Part shown: positions 34,173 to 53,260 of the stretch, in pieces
Layout of the letters: the number at the start of each line of letters is the position of its first letter
Numbering within the stretch: the stretch's first letter is position 1
Assembly: GCF_018350175.1 (NCBI RefSeq)
Contig: NC_058372.1
Span: 30,504,001-30,568,000 of the forward strand
Direction of reading: 5' to 3'
From: Felis catus
Lineage: Eukaryota
Length of the DNA stretch: 64,000 bases
Translations under genes and position numbers: made by a program
Notes under the pieces: generated by a model
Databases searched by the model: none
What the model was told of the DNA's origin: nothing
What the model saw: the letters and a program-made list of their open reading frames with translations, nothing else

Positions 34173-35584
34173 TTTGAAATAATTTTTGAAAATTATTTAG
34201 TAGAAATAGTATAGAGAGTTTTCTATTTAGTAAAAATAGTACAAAGAGTTCCTGTATATCCTTCACCTCCCTTCCTCTAATGTTAACATTTTATATAACC
34301 ACACTACTATTATCAAAATCAGAAAATAACAATAACACTGGTACTACCAACTCATCTCCAGACCTTATTCAGTTTAGCCAGTTGTTCTACACATGTCTTC
34401 TTTTGGGGTCCTGTACTAGAGCCAAACCGAATGAGAGTTCATCCACTTGCTGCACAACAAGCCAATAAAAACAGGCACCGAGCTTTGGCAGAGAAGAAAG
34501 ATAGGCCATTTATTGGTGCCATCCAAGATAATGGGGAGCTGATGCTCCAAAGTCCCACCCCCTCCCGAACTGCTTGCCCATGAGGGTTTTTGAGGACAAA
34601 AGTGGGGATAGGGTTCTTCTGAGAAAGTGGACACTGTTGACTGGAAGTCCATGAGGTCATGCTAGCAGGTGTTCTAGTGCTACTTCGTCTGGTCCTCGGA
34701 CATCTTTTCCATCTCAAGAGACTTTGAATCTCCAAAATATCTTTATTCTTTATGTTAGAGATTTCATTAGGTACATCTAATGATCATATCTTTAGGATAG
34801 TGCTGATTTTAATTACTTGTCTTACAGGTTCCTTCGAGTGAGACGCAAGCATTCCTATCCCTTGAGCCTAGGCTACGTGTTCCTTTGGCCAGCCCGGCTG
34901 TGCCTGGGGCTGATAGGACCTGTAGTGTTCATTTCTGCATCTGAACTGACAGTCCAGGACCCAGACCAGGATCCCACATCGCATTTTAGCTCTCGTGTCT
35001 TCTTAGTCTCCTCTGATCTGTGACAGTTCTGAGTCTTTGTCTTCCATGACCTTGACACTTTTGAAGAGTCCTGATAAGTTATTTTATAGACTCTCAATTT
35101 AGATTTATCTAATATTTTCTCATGATTTCTAGATTGCAGTCATGAGTTTTGGGCAAGAACAGCACAGAAGTGATGTTGGTCTGTTTCAGTGCATTGAATT
35201 AGAGGGTTCACAGTGTCAGTGTGTGGATTTTGGTCATTTGGTTTCATGGAGCTGTTTTTTTGAGGGGGGCAGAGAATCCCTTTGGGCTCCTTGAAGTCAC
35301 ATCCACTCTGCCCTAGAAGGCAAGTCCTCATGCGAAGAGTCCGACACCCCAGTCTCGTTCTCTCCTCAGCCTCAGTGACCTTGATTCATCACTATCCAGC
35401 CTGCGTGGCGGCCCATCATTGCAATCAAGTGGAAACAGAGTTGGTGGGAGATGTGACTTACACAACCCACAGAGACTGCTGCGTCGGAGACCTGTGCAAC
35501 AGCGCCGTCGCGGACACTGTGGCCCTGCCATGCCTCCTGGCTGCAACAGCCACCACACTGGCCTGGCTCTTGCCAGCACTGTAA
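33533..35584 (+). CDS. LY6G6D: LY6G6D, GPI-anchored Ly6 protein, 138 aa
   Basis: Exons 33533-33587, 33666-33812 (MRCYDC...SCKETVATC...RCGF), 35370-35584 (ACVAAHHCNQVETE...DCCVGDLCN plus hydrophobic tail). ATTAAA at 35678-35683. Confidence 0.95.
34130..34169. repeat. (GT)n microsatellite
   Basis: About 20 GT units. Confidence 0.95.
34412..34951 (-). mobile_element. Solo ERV1-class LTR inserted into an old L1M fragment in LY6G6D intron 2
   Basis: 540 bp with TG...CA termini; 4-bp TSD GTCC at 34408-34411 and 34952-34955; the L1-like flanks rejoin when it is removed. Confidence 0.75.
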
Positions 35585-36944
35585 AGAGGGTAGTAGGCTC
35601 AAGGGAAGGGAAGGGCACAAGGGAGCGAGGGAACAAAGGAGATTCGAGGTGAGAAGACAAACAGCCCTCTGTGAGCCATTAAAATCTATCCACCACCCTA
35701 GACCTGACTGGAAAATTCTATCTTTTTTGATGGGAGAATTGCAGGAGTATTATGGGGGCGTCCATGCTCTAGTTTAGGGGTTATCAAGCATCAGTGGACT
35801 TAGTTATAATGGTGTACTCCTTAACCAATGAAACCCCAAGGGACAATGGAGAATCTGCTCTAAGTGACTTCTGGTCCTATTGCTAGGGAGAGTCTTCCCC
35901 GGCAGTGAGGACCATGAGGGCATGAGGGGACTGGTCTCTGGGCTAAGTGGGGGTCATCAGAAATCAAAGAAACTGTTTGGGTTTGTTCCCCTTTCTCCCA
36001 TTTGCCACTTGCTTCCCAACGTGACTCTATAGGATTGAGAAAGGAAACGTAAGCACCATGCTAGGAGGGTTGCTTGGTGCCCTGCTTAGTAGCCTGGCCA
36101 AGTGAGGCCCTTGACTCTAGCCTGAGGGACTGAGGCCTGTTAAGAGGGTCCTGGATTCCATCCCCATGCAACTCTCCTACCCTTTTTGGTGAGCCCTGAA
36201 GCCAGGTTGCACCTCCTTCTTGGCAGTACACCAGAGGTGTGGCCTAAATTTGGGATAAGAATTGTCCCTCCAAACACTGAGACCTGTGTGCCAACCTCAG
36301 GCACAGGAAGGAAGGATAGAGGCCTGAAAAACCCATTTCTCTATTTGCCCCAGCCCAGCCTCTCAGGGAAACCCCTGAAGGATTCTTGGGGGAGGGAGGG
36401 AGCTGAAAACATCATTTCCCGAGAGGGGGCCTCTGACAAGAGGTCTGTTGACAATAAACACACAATTTATCAGACATAGACATTTATTACACAAAATGGA
36501 AAGAGGTGATCATGGGAATGGGGTATGTATGGGGGTCAGGGTTTGGGGAATCAACCCCAGACAGTGAGGTCATCAGGTCCTTCCTAGGAGCCTTCGCTGG
36601 GGACAGGACAGAAGACAATTTCAGGCCCAGGTCCCCATCGCTCCCGGAGTAGGGCACGGTAGAGTGCAGGAGGAAAAATAGAGTGAGGAGCTCTATTGGG
36701 GAAGATTTGGAATGGTCCAGAGGGATATGGGCAGGGACTCAGGAGAAGCAGAGTGGAGGATGTAAAGTGGCAGGATGGGTAGAGAGACCATTGTCTAATT
36801 AAAGAAATGTGAAGAGTCTGGAGAAATGTTTTTCTGAGCAAAGGGAGCTAAGGAGAGGCCATTGTAGGGAGCCGGGGGACACAGAGACACAGGGCTCAGC
36901 TCAAGTTAAGGCAAGTGGGAGGAGGGGCAGCTATGGAGTGAGTC

Positions 36945-39283
36945 TCAGTGCAGCAGCCAGAGGCCAAGGCCAGCCAAAGAGGTCAGGAGGACAAGGGCCA
37001 GGGCCGGGGTGGGCCGAGGGGCTGGGCTGTTACAGTTGTCCTTGCTGCAGCAGGTAGTGTTATAGGTCAGACCCAGCTTGTGGTTGGTTTGGTTGAAGGT
37101 CTCCCGACAAGGCTCTTCGGGTGTGCCACATCGAAGGTTGGAGAAAACCCACATCTTACCTAAGGGTAGGAGTGGACAGTGGGGTCAGCTAGGATGGGCA
37201 CCTGGCATGCCTGTGCCCACCTCCCCTCCCCATGCACCCACCCAGGCTTCCTTCCCTACTCTGCCCCTGGCCCTCCCCTCTTTATCTCTTCTCAGTAAGT
37301 CTGACTGTCCTCCTTCACTTCCTTCCCCCACCCCCTCACCCCAGTCTTGGTCCTATCACTTGTTGGCTGTGAGGCCTTGGACTTGTCAGTGTCTCTTTCT
37401 GAGGCTATCTCCTCAGTGTAATGAGAGCACCCACATCATAGGATTCTTGAACATGAACTCAAACAATCCATGTAAAGTCAGAGAATGGTACCTGGTACCT
37501 AAGAACCCTTGGCCAAATATCATCATTCCTGTGATTGTCTGTTCCACCTCAGTCTGAGCTACAGTTGGGCCTCAGCCCTCACCAATAGAGTCTCCCACCG
37601 GTCCCCTCTCCCCACTAAAGAGGGGGATGTTACCGAGGTACACATTTGTTGTCAGGCACTGTTGTCCTGGTTCTAGGCGGCAGGACTGCCGGTCCACACA
37701 GCCCAGCACAGGGACCTTGTAGCAGGAGTGACAGCGAATGTCAGCTGGGAAGACACAAGTCAGGCTGAGGTGATGGGGTGTCTGACTCACCTGGGGACCA
37801 GCAGAGCTGTGGGGTAGGGTGGAGAAGAGCCAATCAAGTAGGTGTTCTAACCTGTTTGGTTTGGTAGTGACAGAGGAGGTGAGTAAAGCAGCAACAGTGG
37901 AGGTAGGGGAGGGTGGAGCACTGCTCTGTGAATGCCCACACACTAAACACTGTCCTTCACCCCACCCCATGGGGGATGAGTCAAGAGGGGTAGAGCTACC
38001 AACAAAAACACAGGGCTGGGGATAGATGGAATGTGAGAATACCGTGGGCAAGGAATGGAGGAGGTGGGGGAAAAGATAAAGGAATTCAGAAGACGTCACA
38101 GATGGAGACTTGAAATTGGAAGAAATATTACAAATAAGAATGATGGTTGCAGCACTTGCATAAATGGCTTGTAACTTGAGGCTGGCAAGAAAGCCACCTA
38201 AGGCCAGCTTTTTATTTTTATTTTTATTTTTATTTTTATTTTTTTTAAGCTCATTTATTTTTGAGAGAGGCTGCGCTGTCAGCGTAGAGCCAAATGCGGG
38301 GCTCGAACTCACGGTGAGATCATGACCTGAGCCAAACCAAGAGTTGGACGCTTAACTGACTGAGCCACCCAGGTGCCCCTGTGGTCAGCTTTAGCAATTT
38401 ACTCTCACCACCTGGGACCGCCCTGGGACCGCCGTAAGTGTGGGATCCTGTCATTCTGGCGGCTTTGAGGAAGAAAAGAAAAATATCTGGGAACCAGATC
38501 ATCAGATTCCACCTGAGCACCTTACCAAAAGGGAGAGAATGGAAGCAGAAAGTGTCACCCTCCAAGTTCCCACCTCAGCTAATTGCAGGTTTGGGTGAGC
38601 CAAGTGTGGCGAAGGAGGGGTTCAGTCCAAGAGTAGAGGGGTCCGGTGACTGCACCTCTGTGCAACAAATCCATTTCACTCTGGGCGTGAGCAGCCTTGG
38701 CCTTCCCTCCCTAGGAGGCTGGGATATCGCCCCAGTTTCCCAGGAGATTCTAAGAGATCCCTGGGACCCTCCAGAAGGCTTATATCCCTGGGGGTATGCT
38801 CCCCAGGGAAGCCCAAGGGTGCACTAGAAAAGGTCACTGCCTCTCAGAATGACTGAGAACAAAATCTGATGGAGTAGATGGGGAGGGTGGGATGCACAAG
38901 AAGTCCCAGACTGGATGCCTAGGTTTCTGGGAGGACTCTGCTGAGTGCAGATGGTAAGAGGAGAAAGCAGTAAGCTGGGTCCCAGAGAGTTTGGTAGCGG
39001 AGTAGAGGAGAGGGGACCTGGAGCCCTGGCAGGTCTTGGAGGTGGGGAGAAGTGTGAAGGAGCCAGGAATCCTTGAGAAATGGAGCAAAGACCCTGTGAC
39101 GGGGAAGCCTGGTTCTGGAGGCACAGGAGAACTGAGCCACCAGTTGGGGCACTTGGGATCCTGAGCAGTGGGCAATGGAGGGCGGTGGGTGGGGCAAGCT
39201 GTAGAAGTCCTTGGGGCCCCTAGATGCTCACCTGAGACCCAGCAGAGCAGAGCAGACAGGGTGAGCAGCAGAAGACCTTTCAT
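36945..39283 (-). CDS. LY6G6C: LY6G6C, GPI-anchored Ly6 protein, 125 aa
   Basis: Exons 39232-39283, 37634-37744 (DIRCHSCYKVPVLGCVDRQSC), 36945-37159 (TCCSKDNCNS plus hydrophobic tail). TATAAA at 39373-39378; AATAAA at 36483-36488. Confidence 0.96.
38208..38379 (-). mobile_element. Internally deleted CAN-SINE with (TTTTTA)n tail
   Basis: Reverse-complement SINE head and tail with the middle section missing. Confidence 0.8.
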
Positions 39284-39770
39284 GATGAGGATCCTGAGAA
39301 TGGTAGCAAGTACAGCAGCTGACAGTAGATTTTCAGGGATCCGGCTCTGGGAGTTGAGTGGCCTTTTTGGAATTTATAATCCCAATGGTCCCCTCCCTTC
39401 CCTGCCTCTGGTGGCCCCTCCTTCTCTATTTACACACAGCTGACCAGGGATGGGGAAGTACTAAGCAGAACTGGGTGAAGGAGTGGGGATGGGAGAGAGA
39501 GGTAGCGGAGGATAGGTGAACTAGTGGCCAACTCCATTTTGGTTCTTGATTTCAGGTCAAGACACCCCTCCTGGTTCCCAGCTGACAGCCCTGCCTGCCC
39601 AGTCCTCTGAAGAGGCATCACCAAAGGCCCCTGTGATAGTACAGTGGCTGTGGTGGCGGTGCCTGCTGCTTCCTGGGAAATGGACAATGGGATGTGGCCT
39701 ACATTAACTGCCAAATTTGGGTCCCTGGGGGGAACTGGTAGGGGCAGGTGAGCAGAAACTGAGGATGGAG

Positions 39771-39960
39771 AGGCTCTTGGGTGGCTCAGTCAGGTGAGCA
39801 TCTGACTCTTGATTTCAGGTCATGATCTCAGGGTCTGTGGGGCTGAGCCCCGCATTGGGCTCCACTGCTGAGCATGGAGACTGCCTAAAATTCTCTCTCC
39901 CTCTGCCCCTCTCCCCTGCTTGTGTGCTCTCTCTCTAAAAGAAAAAAGAAAAAAGAAATT
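39771..39960 (+). mobile_element. CAN-SINE
   Basis: ctcttgggtggctcagtcagg head; A-rich tail; flanking aggatgga repeats. Confidence 0.8.
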
Positions 39961-40351
39961 AAGGATGGAAGAGGCCAACTTAATCTTGATTCAGCCCTGA
40001 CTTGATCTTCCCAATCCCTGCTTAGCCACAGGACAAAGGATGAAGGGTTTGCGATGTCACCAGGGGCTTCCATGATGTCACAAGAACAGAGGCATAGGCT
40101 GGGGCTGCCTGCTAGGGAGGTGCTGCCTCAGGCCCTTAGAAGGTTCTCAGAACTTGCCCTGGCTAAACTAGGGCTTGGTCTGGCCTGGGTTGTTCTAGTT
40201 CAGTGAGGGCCAATGAAGTCCAGGGTGTGGGGCATGTGCACCTGCTCCAAAGTGTCTCTCAAATCAAAACCTGCCAGTCTGGGTGGGGCACCACTGGCTG
40301 GGAGGGACAGCGTGGGCACAGAGGTGAAGTAGAAGCTAAAATAAGAATAGA

Positions 40352-40388
<37 letters not shown>

Positions 40389-40590
40389 GTGAGCACTTAG
40401 TGCTCCTATGTGTCAGCCATTGTGCTAGGTGTTTTACATGTATTGCTCTTTTTCTTTCTCAATCCTCTATGAGGTAGGTGCTTTTATCCCTGTTTTACAG
40501 ATGAGCGAACAGGCCCAGAGAAGTTAAGCGACTTGCCCGCACGTGAAGTCAGGATTTGAACTCAGCCAGCCAGCCCGGACGCTCTGGGCC
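40352..40590. repeat. (AAT)n microsatellite followed by a minus-strand MIR
   Basis: About 11 AAT units, then ttttacagatgag...cccagagaagttaagcgacttgccc. Confidence 0.75.
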
Positions 40591-40829
40591 CCTGCTAGCT
40601 GTAGGAGTTAAAGTTTTGCGAAAGTGTTCTGTCACCAGCCCGAGCACCACTTTTAACCGAGTATTGTTTGAGAGCTGTGAAGGGCTCCCAGACGGATCCC
40701 GGCAGCTGGTAGCCCCGCCCTCCTTTTATCGGAGCGCCCAGACCCGCAACCCCCCCCACCCCAACCCCTTGGTTTCCCTCCGGTCTCCTCTGCTGATCCA
40801 CTCCCTCCTCTCCCCACCACATCCCAGTC

Positions 40830-42491
40830 ATGGCCCTGGTTCTGCAACTGCTGCCGGTGCTGTTGGCGAGGGCCCAGGGAGACCCCGGGGGTAAGCCATG
40901 CCCCCAGGAAAGTTGGGATAGGTGCCAGGAAAGACCGAGGCAGGGGGCGGCGCGGGGGTGGGGGAGGGGAGGGTGGTGTGTGTGGAAAGATGAGGAGCGC
41001 AGGAGAGCAGAGGAGAGGGGAGAGAGAGGAGACGGGAGTGGGATTCGTCTCTAACTGTGGACTTGCCCTAACCACTGCTCCCTCCAAACCCAGCTTCACT
41101 GGACGGCCGCCCTGGAGACCGGGTGAATTTCTCCTGCGTAGGGGTCTCGCATCCCATCCGCTGGGCCTGGGCGCCTAGCTTCCCGGCCTGCAGGGGCCTG
41201 TCCAAAGGACGCCGCCCAATCCTGTGGGCCTCATCCAGCGGGACCCCCACTGTGTCTCCCGTCCAGCCCTTTGCTGGTCGCCTACGTGCCCTGGACCCTA
41301 GTATCCGGCGGCTGGAGCTGCTCCTGAGCGCGGGGGACTCAGGCACCTTTTTCTGCAGGGGCCGCCGCGAGGAGGAGAGCCGTACTGTGCTTCATGTGCT
41401 AGGGGACGGGGCTGACTGCAGGGCACTGGGGCCTGCCCACGGTAGGTCCAGGTCTTTGCGCACGGGGGCTTAACTCGAACACAGACCCTGGGGAGGGAGA
41501 GAGGCCTTGGCTGGACGTTCTTGACCTGGAGAGCTAGTTCTCTGTTCTCGCACCCCTGACCTCGGCATCCACCGCCATCCCCTCCTCCGTTTCCCCAGGG
41601 TCCATGTATCCCCAGCTCCTGATCCCACTGCTGGGCGCTGGACTAGTGCTGGGACTCGGGGCGTTGGGCGTGGTCTGGTGGTGGCGCAGGTGAGCACAAT
41701 GGGAGGGGCTTGAGGCGGGAAGGGCAGGACTAGAACCTTCGCAGACTTTAGCTAGATCTAGAGCTGGGGCATGTGGTTTAGAGAAAAATGGGGGAGGTCA
41801 CAACTTGGGCCGAGGCCACAGACTGGTGTGTGGAGCCCTGGCTTGGAAGGTGAAGCTAGAGCTGGAGGAGGATCAGAGCATGGGCGGAATTATTGGTGGG
41901 AGTGGAGCCCAAATTGTTTGTGGGTCTGACCCTTCCGAGTTGCTGGGTTGCTGTTGGTCCCGAGGAGAACGAGAGACAAAACTGATGGCCCTCAAAGACT
42001 CCTACACATCCGTTACAGGCGATCACCCCCGCCCCCGCCTCAACCACTCCCCAGATTTGGTGAGACTAATTCCACCTCATTTTCCTTCTACTGCTCCCGC
42101 ACTTCCCATCTCTCAACTCCTGAGTCTGAGCCCTTCCTGGGAGCAGACAAGTTGGTCACTTTCTCTCAATTCTTCAGCTCTGTCCCCCCCATATAGATCC
42201 ACTGGTGAAAGTCGAGACCCAGAGGCCAGCAAAGGAGGAGGAGCCTAAGATCACAGGGGACCTGGACCAGGAGCCGGTAAGGGCCTGGGGATTGGAAGAG
42301 GGCTGGCCAGAATCCCCGAGGAAAAGCCTGTGTCCCCCAGGGAGTCAGATCTCTGAGACCCTTCTGCTTTCCTGCCCACCTTTCAGAGCCTGCTCTATGC
42401 AGACCTGGATCATCTGGCCCTCAGAAGGCCCCTCCGGTTAACCCCAGTGGTCCCTGCTGATGCCTCCACCATCTATGCGGTTGTAGTTTGA
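40830..42491 (+). CDS. MPIG6B: Megakaryocyte and platelet inhibitory receptor G6b (G6b-B isoform), 241 aa
   Basis: Exons 40830-40890, 41094-41441 (IgV), 41599-41689 (TM), 42019-42059, 42197-42276, 42387-42491 (ITIM LLYADL, ITSM TIYAVV). GC box and GATA motif at 40713-40730. Confidence 0.96.
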
Positions 42492-42689
42492 AGGGAAGTC
42501 CTTATTCCAAACCTCGAACCTCGCAAGCTGGGGCTTCTCAGCTCTCCACAACTTTCGGCCCCTCCTTGGCTCCTCACTTGGAAAAGGAATCCACCATGGG
42601 ATAGAATCGAGCACTAGCCTGAGAATCAGGAGCCCTGGGTTCCAGGCTATCTCTGCCACTGATCTTGCTCCTTCAGCTATCCCATCTCA

Positions 42690-44030
42690 TAACTTTCTTG
42701 TCTCCTTCACCACTAGTGCTCTTTCTAAACCTGATCAAGCCCTGTCTCCCTATCTTAAGACATCAACAACTCCTTAGATAGTTGTCCTACTCTTCCTTTC
42801 CCTCCACAGTCCAGCTCTTTGAACCAGGGGCCTACACCCATATTTTCTTCTCCTTTACTCCACCCCCACTGCTCATCTGCTCTCCATGAGGTTGCCAGTG
42901 AGGTCCTGATGGCCACACCCAGTAGATTTTTTAGCATTCATCTGGTTTGGTCTTTGATCACGCCCTTCTTTAAGCTCTGTTTTTCTTTAATGCTGGTGTC
43001 TTCCTTTTGGACTCTTTTTCCTTGCTCCCTACCACCATGGTATTCCCCACCATTCTAGGTTTGTCCTTTCTTTATCGGACTTCCCTCTCTTTGGGAATCT
43101 GCCATCCGCAGCCAGTTCTCAGCCCTCACCTCTGCAAACAACTCAGAACTCTCTCCAGCTCACATTTCTGGGAATGGGATCTCCCAACTATCCCTGAGAC
43201 ATCTCTGTCTGGTTGGCCGTAGGCATTTTGCACACAGCATATCCAAAACCCAACTCATTGTCACTTAATACTTCTCTGCATTCTCTGTTGATCAACCCAG
43301 TTGCCTAAGCCAGAAACTGGGAGTCATGCAGACCTTCTTCCGCTCACTCCCACACAATGAACCAAGTCCTATTTTAATGTCACTGTGAAATCCTACCCTT
43401 CTTCACGCCCAGGGCTACCACCCGAATGTACTCTCATTTCTTCCCTGGTCACCCATAGCCCCACCTCATCCTCTTGCCCTTGTCTTCCTCCCTCAAGCCA
43501 GAGGGGTCCTCCCCAAATGGTAACCTACTCCTCATGGCCTATATTCCAGAACTGCAGTATTTCTTTCCATAACCTTCAGCTCTGGAGCCATGGGCCTTAG
43601 CTTTGGGTACAAGGTGCTGCAGCACTCTGCCTACTCTCCAGGCTTGTCCCTGTCACTCCACATGCACACAACATGCCAGCCTTGGAGAGATTCTCCCCAG
43701 CCTCCAAATATGCCTTTGCGCAATGCAAGTCCTTCTTCCTGGATCACTCTTCCTCCTCCTCCCCACCACCTTCCTGGCTAATTCTTCTTTATCCTCAGTT
43801 GAAATGTAGCCTTTCCTGGGAAGCCATTCCTGACCCTCTTTGCCTACCTCTGCGTACATCTTGATGCCTTAGGCAGTCTCCTTATTTATCTCATAGCAAC
43901 AACATCCTGTGAATTGTTCCATCACAACCTGTATTTCAATTTCATATACTGTGAGTTCCCTGATATCAGGAGACCGACCCTTTTTAATTTTACTGCTAAG
44001 CCTCAGTAAATGAGTGAATGAAAATGAATG
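42690..44030 (+). mobile_element. Fragmented LINE-2
   Basis: acccagttgcctaagccagaaactgggagtcat core; aatgagtgaatgaaaatgaatg tail. Confidence 0.6.
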
Positions 44031-44553
44031 TCCCTGGAAGTGTCACTTCTTCCTCTCTATCATCTAGGAGTGGGTTGGTAATCTACCAGTTTCTGAATCA
44101 TCTGACATTTGGATAAATTGAATGATCCACCCATACTCTTTCTTCTCTCCCTCATATGTGCTGCCCACAATAGAAATTCTATCCTGTCCATCTTGTGCCC
44201 AAACACCTATGATAGGGCTGGGCAATGAGTCAGTAAGTGCCTAATGAGGGTTTGATGAATGAAGGAGGCCTCCTTCCCAGCACTAACCCCAAATTTCAGC
44301 CCTGCCCCTACCCCTCTGCCCCAATAAGACACAAGCCACAACCCAGTCTAAAAGGTCGGTTCTGTTTATTATCTCTGAGGAAGATGACTCACCCAGTGGA
44401 CTCTATCCTTTTTCCCACACTAAGCCCTCCCCCCCCCATCTTGGGGCCCTCTCCCCACTACTACCTATTCACTGTCCTCTATCTAAGCCTCCTTCCCCTT
44501 CTAATCCCTATGCTGCCCTACCCCTGGCCAGCCAGGACCCCAAGGCCAGGCCC

Positions 44554-46483
<1,930 letters not shown>

Positions 46484-47149
46484 CCCATCCACACAGTCTC
46501 CCCCTCCGGCCGCGCTGATTTCTTAGTTTTCTCTTTTTACTTCACCTGTCTGGGAGAAGAGACAGAAAGGGAGGAGGGCAAAGAAAGAGACATGCACAGA
46601 AGGGCGTAGGGGGTGGTTAAGAGCGCCCGGGTCTTCCTTCTGCCATCTCCGGGCGCCCCTCCCACTTCGCCCCACCCCCTCCAGACGTTCCCCTCCCGCC
46701 AACTCCATTCCACCCCGCACCCTTCGGGGTCTGCTTCTTTGGAGGGAGTCCGAGGAACAAGACCGGGACCCCTAATCCCTAAAACACCTGTTGCCCCTGT
46801 TCGGGGGCTTCGCGAGGTCCCTGCTAGGCGCCCCTCTTGGCAGCCGCTAGGATGCGCTCACTCCCTAAAAATGCAACGGTCCCGCCCCCTTAACCCTCAG
46901 CTGCTCGCTGCCATAGGGACCCGAAGGGAGGCAAGGGACCCAAAGGGGTTATGGGACAGGAGACAGCTGGGGAGATAGTCAGGGCCTGGGAGATGGAAGT
47001 TCTGAATGCCCAACAAGAAAGGGAGAGAGGGGCAACGAGGGAGGAATTAGAGCCTAAGGAGTTAAATATCTTCTCTCCACCCCTGCCGGTCCTGCTACCC
47101 CTAGCACGACCCAGTAGAAACCAGACCGAGTCCCGGAGGACTGGGAGAG

Positions 47150-47800
47150 GTCTAAAACGAAATCCAAGGGGCGGGGAAACCGGGGGCGTGGTCCCAGGGA
47201 GCGGGCACCACTCCCGGCTCCAGGACCGTCTCCCCGTCCATCTCCCCCAAAGTCTACCCAGCTCAGCTCCGCACCCAAATTTCGGCCTCCTGCACTCTGT
47301 CGGGTATCGGGCACGGGCCCGGCAACCTCAAACTCTGGCCCGCACACGGTCCGGGGGACATCTCCAACCCCTAGACTTACCTCTAGCGGCCACCCAGACT
47401 CCAGCGCTCTTGTGTTCTTGGCTGGGGCCCCACCCCCCTGAGGACAGAGTTGGTTGGAGAAGGGAGTCCTAGTCTTCAAGCCTCGGGGGCTGGAGCTCTT
47501 GGCTTTTGAAGGGTCCCTGGGTAAGGCGAGCTCAAGAACTACGGTGGGGCGGGGGCGCGACTGTCTGGCGGCTCCGGGGCATTGTCTAAGCGGGACGGGG
47601 CGGGGCTCCTCGAGGCCACGCCCATTCCGCCCTGCTACGCCGCGCCCGCTCCACAGGGACTGCGCTCCCCTTCTCCGAACTCGGCCCCGCCCCGTGAGTG
47701 CTGCCCAGGCCCACCCAGATATGGAGGGCCCTGTCGGCTGGGCAGCAAATGCGACATGGACCGCAAGACAGCGTTATGGTGGACCGGCACGAAAAATGGA
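47150..47800 (-). promoter_or_regulatory. DDAH2 CpG-island promoter and non-coding first exon
   Basis: CpG-rich with several GC boxes (about 47547, 47597, 47685); donor AGAG|GTAAGT at 47380. Confidence 0.7.
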
Positions 47801-48157
47801 AGCCTGACCACAAATACCCCTCTTCTAAATTCCTGGCTTCTGCCCTGAGCTCAAGGTCACTGACCCACCTTTCATTCTGTGTTACCCACACTGCAGCCCC
47901 CTTTGTGCAAAACGACACTACATTTTCATTCTGTATTTTATTACTGAAATACATTGTCCTACCCACACCCCCACACAATAAAAATCTTACCTAGATTCCC
48001 CATCTTTCCCCTCAGCCCCCCAGTCAGCCCTACATAAGTGCTCCAGGATTCTCTGCCCACTGGCCATTTTGGAGTGTGTCCATTGGGTAGCCACGTGGAA
48101 ACCACCTGGTGCCTTTGTGGAGAAAATAGAGGGGGGGCACAGAGCCCCAGGAGGGGC

Positions 48158-52919
<4,762 letters not shown>

Positions 52920-52923
<4 letters not shown>

Positions 52924-53260
52924 AGTTGCGACGGGGACCAGGAAGCGGTCGGCGCTGGGGAACTGGGAGGGGCCCGGGCCAGGGAAGGCGGGTCTCACAG
53001 GCAGGGATTCTCTACCCCCAGACCTAGGGCTGTCCCTTCGGCGCAGCACAAGCCGGATCAGACCCGCTTACACGAGACGCGACCTCCCCACCAGCCCAAC
53101 GTACCCCGCACCCCGCTCCTCCAGCTCTATCCCCTCCCGGGCTAGATCGGGAGCCGCTGACTCACGGGCCGGGCCCGCCCCGCCCTGAACCTGGGGAGGG
53201 GACTGGAGGGGGCGGGACTCGACGATCTAGGGAGTAGGTCCAGAAGGGAGATCCTCAGGT
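52920..53260 (-). promoter_or_regulatory. CLIC1 CpG promoter
   Basis: GC boxes at 53174-53185 and about 53210; AP-1 site TGACTCA at 53158-53164. Confidence 0.65.

Noticed and set aside
37572-38312. 246-aa minus-strand ORF
   Set aside because: Starts inside a SINE and runs through intron into LY6G6C exon 2; only the exon portion is real.
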